A stretch of DNA of 64,000 nt from contig OY970355.1 in the NCBI GenBank assembly GCA_963718525.1, positions 64,001 through 128,000 on the forward strand, written 5' to 3'. Position 1 is the first letter of the stretch. Each line of letters starts with the position of its first letter. The notes under the pieces are model-generated. The model was not told where the DNA came from. It did no database searches and saw only the letters and a list, made by a program, of their open reading frames with translations. The position numbers and the translations under genes are program-made. Shown here piece by piece: positions 42,268 through 51,014 of this stretch. This stretch comes from Candidatus Dormiibacterota bacterium. GTDB lineage: Bacteria; Chloroflexota; Dormibacteria; Aeolococcales; Aeolococcaceae.

Positions 42268-43444
42268 TCAGAAGTTGATCCGGGTGATCGCAGCGCGCGA
42301 GTTCGTGACCCGCATTCGAACGCGGGTCTTCGCGATCTCGACCGTGCTGGTGCTCATCGGGGTTGGCGCCTACATCCTGCTCCAGGCATATGTGTTCAAC
42401 CAGTCGACGACGACGTCGCTCGATGTCGGATTCGTCGGAGCCGCGCAGTCGATCGCGGCACCGGTGCGCGCCGAGGCATTGAGTTCTGGGGTGACCGTAA
42501 CCGTCCATCCCTACACGTCGGAAGCGGCCGGACAGGCGGATGTACAGAGCGGCACCCTCAACGCCCTGGTCAGCGGATCCGGAGCCAGTACCATCGTGTC
42601 TGTTCAGTCGACGGTCGATCCGACACTGCTGACGGCCCTCAACGACCAAACCCGCCAGCAGGTGCTGAGCCATTACCTGACACAGCATGGTCTTCCCCCA
42701 AGCGACGTCATCGACCAGCTCGCGTTCTCGGTGAGCGTCAACGAGCTCTCGCCCGTCAACGCCGCGCGACTGGAACAGATCGTCATCGGCCTGCTGGTTG
42801 CGGGAACGCTCTACGTCACCGTGCTCGCCTACGGTCAGTTCGTCGCGGCCGGAGTGATCGAAGAGAAGTCGAACCGAATCGTCGAGATCCTGCTCGCGAC
42901 GGTGCGACCGTGGCAGCTCATGTTGGGCAAGATCATCGGCATAGGCCTGGTGGCGCTCGTGCAGGTCGGGCTCGTGGCCGGTGTCGCCCTGGTGCTCGCC
43001 AGTGCCACCAAGCTGGTGTCGATCCCGACACTCAGTGTCGATGTGGTCATCAGTGGCGTGGTGTGGTTCGTGCTGGGCTACCTGATGTATGCACTGCTCT
43101 TTGCTGCTGCGGGCTCGATGGTGTCTCGCCAGGAGGAGGTGTCCGGCGTGGCGTTGCCGGTGATTCTCTTCCTCGTCGCTGCGTGGATCCTCGCACTCAC
43201 CGTCGCCGCGCCCGATCCCGGGAGCACGGCGACCACCGTCTTCTCGTTCATCCCGCTGTTCTCGCCGGTGATCATGCCAGTGCGAATCGCGGCGGGGGTT
43301 GTGCCTTTCTGGCAAGTCGCAGTCAGCGTGGTCGTCGTTCTCGCGACGATCTACCTCCTGGCAGCGTTCGCGGGTCGGATCTACCGCAATTCGGTACTGC
43401 GCACCGGGGGCCGCGTCAAGCTCGCTGAAGCCCTGCGGCGGTAG
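42260..43444 (+). CDS. ABC-2 permease (NatB/YhaP-like)
   Basis: GVIEEKSNRIVEILL, LMLGKIIG. Confidence 0.9.
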   Translation: MDSQKLIRVIAAREFVTRIRTRVFAISTVLVLIGVGAYILLQAYVFNQSTTTSLDVGFVGAAQSIAAPVRAEALSSGVTVTVHPYTSEAAGQADVQSGTLNALVSGSGASTIVSVQSTVDPTLLTALNDQTRQQVLSHYLTQHGLPPSDVIDQLAFSVSVNELSPVNAARLEQIVIGLLVAGTLYVTVLAYGQFVAAGVIEEKSNRIVEILLATVRPWQLMLGKIIGIGLVALVQVGLVAGVALVLASATKLVSIPTLSVDVVISGVVWFVLGYLMYALLFAAAGSMVSRQEEVSGVALPVILFLVAAWILALTVAAPDPGSTATTVFSFIPLFSPVIMPVRIAAGVVPFWQVAVSVVVVLATIYLLAAFAGRIYRNSVLRTGGRVKLAEALRR

Positions 43445-43448
43445 GAGC

Positions 43449-45308
43449 TCAGGCGAGCGCCGATTCAGCGGGATCCGCGCCGGCCAGCTCACGAAGCGAC
43501 ATCGGGGCGACAGCGATGCGATCGCGCCCGTCTCGCTTCGCCTGGTACATCGCATGGTCGGCAGCCGCGACCACATCGTCGAGCTCCTGTCCATGATCGG
43601 GGAACACTGCGACGCCGATTGATGCGGTGACACGCGCGATCTCCGACGTCGGGGCGCGCAGTTCCGCGATCGCCGACTGCAGCGCCTGAGCAACCCGCAT
43701 CGCGCCGTCGACCGTCGAATTGGTCAGGACGATCAGAAACTCCTCGCCGCCATACCGGACTGCGTAGTCACTGTCGCGAACCACGCGACGGATGGCGCGC
43801 GCCACCGCGCGGAGCACTGAATCCCCGGCGGCGTGTCCAGCGCTGTCGTTGACCTGCTTGAAGTGGTCGAGGTCCAGGAGCAGGATGCCGACGCCCGCAC
43901 CAGTCCGGAGGCTCTGGGCCATGACCCGCGGTCCCATGTCCCGCCACCAGCGGATGTTGAACAACCCGGTCAGCGCATCAGTCAGGGCTCGCCGTTCCAG
44001 CTCGCCGTACATCTGGGCGTTGCTCCAGGCCGCCGCGGTGACGAAGCCCAGCAGCGCGCACCGCTCGAGATCCTCCTCTGTGAACGCGTCGAGCCCGTCG
44101 CGCCAGATGTCGATGACCCCGAGGCGCTGATCACCCGCTACCAGCGGAATGGCGAGCAGGGATTCCGGTTCACGAGCGGTGCCCGGAATGGTCGAGGCGG
44201 CAGGGTGCGAGTCGGTGTCCGCGCACCGGTACGGCTGTCCGCGCGCAAACGCCCAACCGGTGATGCCTTCGTTCAGGGACACCTCCATCTTGAGGAACCC
44301 CTCGGTTCCAGCGCCGGCAAGAACGCGGGGGCGGAATCGGTGACGTTCCCAGTCCGCTTCGAAGATGGCGAGCCGATCGGCTGCCGTCACGCGACTGAGA
44401 CGTTCCGCGGCGATCTCGAGAATGCGCTCCGGGTCGTGTTCGGCCTGAAGCGTCCGAGCGGCATCCACGAGAAATCGGGCAAAGCTTCGATCGTCGAGCG
44501 TGCCGTCGCCAGCCACCGGCAGCGGGGTCATCTCGATCGGCGCGCGCAGCGTGTCGCCGCGCTCCCGGAAGACCCGGACCTCGCGGCGCTGGAACCAGGC
44601 GACCGGCACCACCTCGTCCATCGGCTGGGCCAGCCCGGCATCGACGACGAGCGGATGTGCGAGATGGGGCCCGACGCCGTACTGGACCCCGAGTTCGGCC
44701 ACCGCGGAGGCTGTTCCCTTGCTGTCGATGCCGCGCGCGACGATGCGGCCTCCGAGCCGGGCGACATACACGACGGCTGCCGCGAGGTGGGCCTTGGCCA
44801 CCTCGTTGTCATTCAGGCCGGCGGGCACAGACGCGTCGAGAAAGACGAAATCCGGTCGGAGATCAGCGATCAGCCGCCGATCGAGCGCTGGTGACAGGAC
44901 CCCGTCGACCGCCAGCAGGAAGCCGAGATCACGGAGTGCCAGGAGGCGTCGCAGCCCCGCGTCGTCGAGATCGGCGTCGATCTCGCTGTGGATGATCCAG
45001 CCGATCTCAGCGGGGTTCACATGATGGTGCTGCGCCATCGCCGCTAGATTGAGATCGTTCGCGGCCAGCACATCGCGGTGCAGCGGAACGAGCAGGACGG
45101 CCGGACCGGTGTGCTGCGCGAACGCCAGGGCGGAGGGGATGAGCGAGCCCGATGGGAGCGCGGCTGGGCGCGGGAGCGCCTCATACCCCAGGTCGACGCG
45201 GTCGATGAGGTCGATCACCGGCTGCAGCGCCACTCCGGTTCCTGCCGGTTTGACGGCACGATCCGACGCAACGCCGCCCATCACTGCAGATTTCAAGCTG
45301 TCCCCCAC
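43449..45308 (-). CDS. Degenerate EAL-GAF-GGDEF diguanylate cyclase
   Basis: YEALPR but lacks DDFG loop and EG(I/V)E; GAF; DLDHFKQVND, RDSD I-site, YGGEEF. Confidence 0.9.
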   Translation of the reverse strand: MGDSLKSAVMGGVASDRAVKPAGTGVALQPVIDLIDRVDLGYEALPRPAALPSGSLIPSALAFAQHTGPAVLLVPLHRDVLAANDLNLAAMAQHHHVNPAEIGWIIHSEIDADLDDAGLRRLLALRDLGFLLAVDGVLSPALDRRLIADLRPDFVFLDASVPAGLNDNEVAKAHLAAAVVYVARLGGRIVARGIDSKGTASAVAELGVQYGVGPHLAHPLVVDAGLAQPMDEVVPVAWFQRREVRVFRERGDTLRAPIEMTPLPVAGDGTLDDRSFARFLVDAARTLQAEHDPERILEIAAERLSRVTAADRLAIFEADWERHRFRPRVLAGAGTEGFLKMEVSLNEGITGWAFARGQPYRCADTDSHPAASTIPGTAREPESLLAIPLVAGDQRLGVIDIWRDGLDAFTEEDLERCALLGFVTAAAWSNAQMYGELERRALTDALTGLFNIRWWRDMGPRVMAQSLRTGAGVGILLLDLDHFKQVNDSAGHAAGDSVLRAVARAIRRVVRDSDYAVRYGGEEFLIVLTNSTVDGAMRVAQALQSAIAELRAPTSEIARVTASIGVAVFPDHGQELDDVVAAADHAMYQAKRDGRDRIAVAPMSLRELAGADPAESALA

Positions 45309-45472
45309 ATTGGTTCTCCGGTCAGCACCGTTCCCCCGTAGGCCCCGTCACACCTTCGCACCGAGCGTCCGACAAATCTGTCTCGCTAGCAGGCCCGGCG
45401 TCACGCGGCTTCTCGCGGCTGCCCGGATGGGCAACCCCAACTCACGACTCACCTTCACGCGGCGGAGGAGCG

Positions 45473-45504
45473 GGACGCCGCCGTCCAGCGTGTCGGCGGC
45501 GTCC
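45473..45504. other. Perfect 11-bp GC hairpin
   Basis: GGACGCCGCCG-10 nt-CGGCGGCGTCC. Confidence 0.6.
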
Positions 45505-45574
45505 ACTACCCACTCCGATCTCACCTGGGGGCGCTCGCGGTTCAGCGGCACACCCCGTCTGGTTCGAATTCCGA

Positions 45575-45709
45575 CTAGTGCACGTGCACCAATGCTTGCG
45601 GCGTGTCGTTGAGTGTCGACGCCGACGCCGCAATGGTCGCCGTCCCCAACGTGAGACTTGCGACTGCGATCACGATCCCCAGTCTGACCCAGCGGTTCAG
45701 CCTACCCAT
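45575..45709 (-). CDS. 44-aa secreted peptide precursor
   Basis: GAGGAGG RBS; MGRLNRWVRLGIVIAVASLTLGTATIAASA-STLNDTPQALVHVH with Sec signal and A-S-A site. Confidence 0.7.
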   Translation of the reverse strand: MGRLNRWVRLGIVIAVASLTLGTATIAASASTLNDTPQALVHVH

Positions 45710-45935
45710 GACGATCCTCCTCAGGACGGTGCCCCTTTTTGACGGTAGGGACATTGTCTTAAGACCACTGCGACGCCCTGCCCTCCCAAGCGGTGACGGG
45801 GTGGTTACGCGGGACTTCGCAACGTATGGCCGAGTTCGGACGGCCCGAGGTCCCACATCTCGGTCCGCTATTGATGTCGCCCTGCGACATGCTCGTCACC
45901 GGGTCCGCGGTTGGCGCGTCCGATCCTGCGACGAA

Positions 45936-48419
45936 ATGCAGCAGGAAACGGGCCATGCCTACTCGTCGCGGCGCGCGCTGCGTACGCTCTCGCAGCTCAG
46001 CCGCAGCATCGCGCGGGCCGAGTTGCGAGACGAGCTGCTCGAACTCACCGGCGGCTGCCTCCGCGACCTCGGATTCCGCAGCTACCTGGCCGAGCTCGAG
46101 GGCGATCACATCAGGTTGCTCGCCGATCCGATCGAAACCGAGTCGCTCGCCCGCGTCGAGACGATCCTCGGTCAGCCGCTGAGCAGCCTCCACCTTCGAA
46201 CCAGTGCACTCCCCTGCGTGCACGCCGCGGCTTCGAGACGCTCACCGGCGACCACCACCGACCTGGCTTCGGCGTTCATGAGCCTGGTGCCGCACCTCTC
46301 GGGAAGCGAGCGGACCGCCCTGCAGCACGAGATCGGTTCGGGTCCGTTCACTGCCGTCCCGGTCGAGCGTGGCGACGACCTGCTCGGCGTGCTGATCACC
46401 TGGTGCACCGGACGCGAGGCGCTCGACGCGCTGCCATTCCTCCAGGTGGTGGCGGCCCAGCTGGGACCGGCCTGGAGGCGCCTCGGTGAGGCCCTCCTTC
46501 CCACACCGGTGCGTGACGATGAGCCCGGGACGACGCCGGACCTGATCCGGGGGCTGATCGACTCGGGCGGCATTCGTCCGGCAATGCAGCCGATCGTCCG
46601 GCTGCTCGACGGCGTCACGCTCGGGTATGAGTTGCTCTGCCGCATCAACCCCGGGGCGGGCCCGCAGGTCCCGAGCGCACTCTTCGACGCTGCGGGTGAT
46701 TCGATGGAGAAGGCCCTGGATGAGGCATGCATCCGCGCCGGCCTGGCGGGCAGCATCCACACGCTGCCCGCGACCCTGTTCCTCAACGTGATGCTGCCGA
46801 CGCTGGCGCAGCCCAACGCCGCGGTGCGGCTGGCCAAGTTCGCGGAGGATGCCGGCGTCCGACCCGAGCACGTGGTCCTCGAAGTGAGCGAGCGCGTCCC
46901 CGTCCCCAACGTCGCTCGTCTGCGTCGCGTCGTGGCCGACCTTCGCTCGCGCGGGTTTCGTATCGCCATCGATGACGCCGGCGCCGGCCACGCAAGCATG
47001 CTGGTGATCGCCGAGGTTCGCCCCGACTTCATCAAGATCGACCGCGACCTCATTCGCGGCGTTCACTCAAGCGATTCACGCCGCGCCCTCGTGGTGTCGA
47101 TGCTCTCGTTCGGCACGCACATCAACGCGCGCATCATCGCCGAGGGCATCGAGACCGAGGCCGACCTCAAGACCCTGATGGACCTCGGCGTGCAATTCGG
47201 CCAGGGCAACGTCCTCAGCGAACCGGTGATTCTCGGCGAGCCGGCAGTCGAGGGCGCCACCCTCGTGCAGCCGTCATGGTTCGCAACACGGCGCGTCGAG
47301 TGCTTCCCCGCGACAGTCGAGCCGGCCGCCCCGAGCCATGAGCCGCCCCGCCGCCGGCCCCACCCCGCGCTGCCGGCGCCGGAGAGCCTTCCCCACGCGC
47401 TCAGCCGCGCCGCGCTGGCACTGCAGGCTGAGCATGATCCGCAGCGCATCCTCGCGGCGATTGCCGAGCAGTTGCAGCGCGTTGTGCCGGTCGACGACCT
47501 GTCGATCTACGAGGCGGATCACAATCACCATCGCTTCGTCGCCGCCTTCGCAACCGGCCGTCAGGCCGCCGAGATCATGGCCGACGTCTTCTCACTGTCC
47601 GTCGGCGTCAATGGTTGGGCCTTTGCGCTCGGCACGCCGCAGAATCTCGGCAACGCGGGTGCACACCCGGCAGCGGCCGCAGTGCCGAACACGCCGTTCG
47701 AGCACGAGTCACTGTTGTTGATCCCGCTCATGGCCGGCGACCACAAGCTCGGCATGCTCAACTGCAGGCGGATGGGGCTCAACCGATTCACCGACGAAGA
47801 CCTCGAGACGGCGACGCTGTTCGGACACACCGCGGCGATGGCGTGGCACAACGCCCAGCTCTACCAGGAGCTCGCACGGCGCGCGGCCACCGACGGTCTC
47901 ACGGGTCTGTACAACAGCCGTTGGTTGCGTGAGGCGGGCGAACTCGAGATCGCGGACTGCCGGCGACGCGGGATGCCGCTCAGCGTTGTGCTGGTCGACC
48001 TCGATCACTTCAAGACGGTCAACGACAGCGGCGGTCACGCTGCCGGCGACGCGGTATTGCAGCGCGTCGCCGCCGAGCTGCGGCGCATCACCCGTGCGGG
48101 CGACGCCGCTGTCCGACTTGGCGGCGAGGAGTTCATCCTCGTGCTCAGAGACGCCGATGGGTCGGGCGCAGCGCGCGTCGCGGCCGATCTTCGTCGGGCG
48201 CTGCGCAACGTCCCGATTCCGGCTGCGTGCTCCGGGATCGACCACGTCACCGCGTCGATCGGGATCGCCAGTTTCCCGGACCAGGGGTCGCGGCTCGAGG
48301 ATCTGATCCGTGCCGCCGATATCGCCATGTATCAGGCCAAGCGCGAGGGCCGCGACCAGGTCAGGCTCTCGCTTTTGGCGTCAGTCACCGAGCCGGTAGC
48401 GGAGGACGCGATCGCCTGA
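45936..48419 (+). CDS. GAF-EAL-GAF-GGDEF bifunctional phosphodiesterase/diguanylate cyclase
   Basis: ELLCR, LFLN, LEVSE, IDDAGAG, IKID, AEGIE, GQG; RAGD I-site, LGGEEF; start uncertain. Confidence 0.9.
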   Translation: MQQETGHAYSSRRALRTLSQLSRSIARAELRDELLELTGGCLRDLGFRSYLAELEGDHIRLLADPIETESLARVETILGQPLSSLHLRTSALPCVHAAASRRSPATTTDLASAFMSLVPHLSGSERTALQHEIGSGPFTAVPVERGDDLLGVLITWCTGREALDALPFLQVVAAQLGPAWRRLGEALLPTPVRDDEPGTTPDLIRGLIDSGGIRPAMQPIVRLLDGVTLGYELLCRINPGAGPQVPSALFDAAGDSMEKALDEACIRAGLAGSIHTLPATLFLNVMLPTLAQPNAAVRLAKFAEDAGVRPEHVVLEVSERVPVPNVARLRRVVADLRSRGFRIAIDDAGAGHASMLVIAEVRPDFIKIDRDLIRGVHSSDSRRALVVSMLSFGTHINARIIAEGIETEADLKTLMDLGVQFGQGNVLSEPVILGEPAVEGATLVQPSWFATRRVECFPATVEPAAPSHEPPRRRPHPALPAPESLPHALSRAALALQAEHDPQRILAAIAEQLQRVVPVDDLSIYEADHNHHRFVAAFATGRQAAEIMADVFSLSVGVNGWAFALGTPQNLGNAGAHPAAAAVPNTPFEHESLLLIPLMAGDHKLGMLNCRRMGLNRFTDEDLETATLFGHTAAMAWHNAQLYQELARRAATDGLTGLYNSRWLREAGELEIADCRRRGMPLSVVLVDLDHFKTVNDSGGHAAGDAVLQRVAAELRRITRAGDAAVRLGGEEFILVLRDADGSGAARVAADLRRALRNVPIPAACSGIDHVTASIGIASFPDQGSRLEDLIRAADIAMYQAKREGRDQVRLSLLASVTEPVAEDAIA

Positions 48420-48445
48420 CCAACTGCGCGACTCGCGCACGTCGG

Positions 48446-50043
48446 CTAATGAATGCCCCCCTCCTGCGGGGGCTTTGCCATTCGTCGTGCCGGGTGCGCA
48501 ACCAGGGTGTACAGGGCACCGAGGACGACGATGATGACGACGATGACCAGCGTGATCCAGTCGTAGTTGAACAGCGCGCCTCTCGGGCTGGTGATCCCTG
48601 ATGGGAGCAGGATGTTCACCAGCATGACCACGAGCCATACGCATCCCGCCACCATCACGGGAATTGCCCAGGCGCCCAGCCGGAACGCTCCCTGCGCCTG
48701 CCAGCCGCGCAGCCTGGCGATCAGCGCCGCAATCACCACCAGCAGGAACGACAGGTAGATTCCGGATACGGCGAACGACACCAGGAGAAAGAGCGCGTTC
48801 ACCTTCGCCGGGATGGTGATGAACGCGATTGTGATGTTCGATGAGGGTGTGAAGCGCGCGAGCACCGCGAACAGCGCGGGGATGACCGCCGCAACCAGCA
48901 GTGCATTCACCGGGGTCCTGAAGCGCGGTGACACGTGCGCGAGACTCCGGCTCGCGGGTAGCGCCCGGTCGCGGCTGTACGAGTAGATGAGCCGTGCGGC
49001 TGCAGCCTGAATCGCCAGGCCGCAACTGAAGAAAGCGAAGCACACGACGAACAGCGCGACGTCCTGGATGAACTGGCTGGAGACGTTCGAACCGATCAGA
49101 AACGGCACGCCACCAGCCACGGTCTGACCGAGCCCGTGTGCACCTGCGGGGATCGCGAGCAGCAATGCCCCGACGAGCACGAAGCTGGTCACCCCCGCGG
49201 TGAGCAGCGACGAGATGATCGCCCGCGGCACGCGCTTCGATGCCTGGACGACCTCCTCGGCTACGTCCCCTGCCGAACTCGAAACCGTAGAAGATGTACA
49301 CGTGCGCCAGGATGGCGACGAACGCAGCCCCGAGCCACCAGTGCCCGCCGAAGTCAACGCCGAGAGGATTCGTTGTCGCGGTCTCGGTGCCCTGGGTGGT
49401 GAAGAGGTAGTCGAACCCGTGGTGAAAACCGGTGATCGCCAGCATGATGGCGATCCCGAATGTGCCGATGATCTCGAAGTAGACACCGATCTGTGAGATG
49501 CGTCCGAGGAAGTTGACCCCGCCGACGTTGAACGCGAGCTGAATCACGATCAGCACGACGGTGAAGATGAGGATCTGATTCGGGTCTGTCGAGTTGAAGT
49601 TGGTGTGGAAGATGTTGTTGAGGAGCGGGGCGGCGTAGATGACCAATCCCGTGTCCACAGATGCTACGGTCATGATCAGCGCCCAGCCGTAGATCCATCC
49701 AACCCACCAGCCGTAGCCCGGTCCGATCAGATTCTTGCCCCATTGGAACAGGGCACCCGCGATCGGGTAGTGGCTGCCAAGCTCGGCGAAAACGAGCGCC
49801 ACGAAGAGCTGACCCAGGACCACGATCGGCAGCAACCAGATGTATCGCGGGCCGCCGGCTCCCACGCCGAGCACGAACAGCGAATAGATGCCGACGACCG
49901 GTGAGATGTAGCAGAACGCGACCGCGAAGTTCTCGAACAGGTTGAGGAACTCGGCGCAACTCCTGCCGGTACCCGAACGTGGCAAGTTGGGCGGCATCCA
50001 CGTCAGCCGCATCCGGGGTGGAGACAATGGTTTCGCCACTCAT
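48446..50043 (-). CDS. APC family amino acid/polyamine permease (two apparent +1 frameshifts at ~49950 and ~49277)
   Basis: FGYRQELRR, FENFAVAF, AELGSHYPIAG, GFE/SAGDVAEE split over three frames. Confidence 0.88.
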
Positions 50044-50163
50044 GTGCGCCTCCTCCGTGCCTGACCGCCCCAGCAGGCGGCACGCGGCCGGAAGTATCGA
50101 TCAGCGGCTATGGCATCCGCAAGGGTCGTCGCACACGGCCGCTCCGATACCGTAACCGCGGCC

Positions 50164-51003
50164 ATGCCCCTCCCCCTCTCGCCGCTGACGGCCATGGCGT
50201 CCGCTGTCACCCTGGGCATCGCCGACTTCACCGGCGGGTTCGCGGGAAGGAGAAGCAGCGCACCGAGCGTCGCCCTTGCCGTGGAATCGGTCGGCCTTGT
50301 CGCAGTGCCACTCGCGTGTGTGCTCCTCCCGCACGGCTGGGACGCGCAGGCCGCACTCCAGGCGTTCGCCGGCGGGGCTATTGGTGGACTGGGCCTGGTG
50401 GCGTTCTATCGCGCCATGTCGTTGAACCTCATCGGCGTGGTCGCCCCGATCACAGGATTCGTTGCCGCAGCCCTGCCGGTCGCGGTGGGACTGATCGGCG
50501 GCGATCACCTCGCACTCTGGCAAATCGGCGGCGTTGCCGTCGGGCTCGTCGCACTCGTGCTCATCAACGGTCCCAGCCGCGACGTCGCAAGCAACGCGCG
50601 GGTGGGCGTGACCCTCGCGCTGTTCGCCGGAGTTGCCTTCGGTCTTTTCTTCATCCTGTTCCACGCCGCAAGCCACGCGGGCGTGACCGCATTCGTGAGT
50701 GGACGGTTCGGCTCGGCCGCCGCCGCCGTCGGCACCGCACTGGTGACCAGGACTGAACTCGTGGTCCGGCGGAGCGTGCTTCGCATCATCGCGATTGGCG
50801 GACTCTTCGACGGAACCGGCGTCGTGCTCTATCTCTACGCGACGCACTCGGGGCTGCTGTCGGTGACCGCGCTGCTCACCTCGTTCTATCCCGCGTTCAC
50901 CGTGCTCTGCGCGCGCCTCTTCACCCACGAGCGCATGACGCCGCTGCAGTCGCTGGGTGCGGCGCTCGCGGTCATCGCGATTGCGATGATCGCCATACCC
51001 TGA
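50164..51003 (+). CDS. EamA/DMT family transporter
   Basis: ADFTGG, FYRAMS...VVAPI, SFYPAFTV...ERM. Confidence 0.88.
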   Translation: MPLPLSPLTAMASAVTLGIADFTGGFAGRRSSAPSVALAVESVGLVAVPLACVLLPHGWDAQAALQAFAGGAIGGLGLVAFYRAMSLNLIGVVAPITGFVAAALPVAVGLIGGDHLALWQIGGVAVGLVALVLINGPSRDVASNARVGVTLALFAGVAFGLFFILFHAASHAGVTAFVSGRFGSAAAAVGTALVTRTELVVRRSVLRIIAIGGLFDGTGVVLYLYATHSGLLSVTALLTSFYPAFTVLCARLFTHERMTPLQSLGAALAVIAIAMIAIP

Positions 51004-51014
51004 CGGCGATCAGC

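Noticed and set aside
45310-45570. Canonical c-di-GMP riboswitch; 67-aa ORF 45348-45551
   Set aside because: Consensus elements not found by eye; the ORF has no clear RBS or recognisable motif
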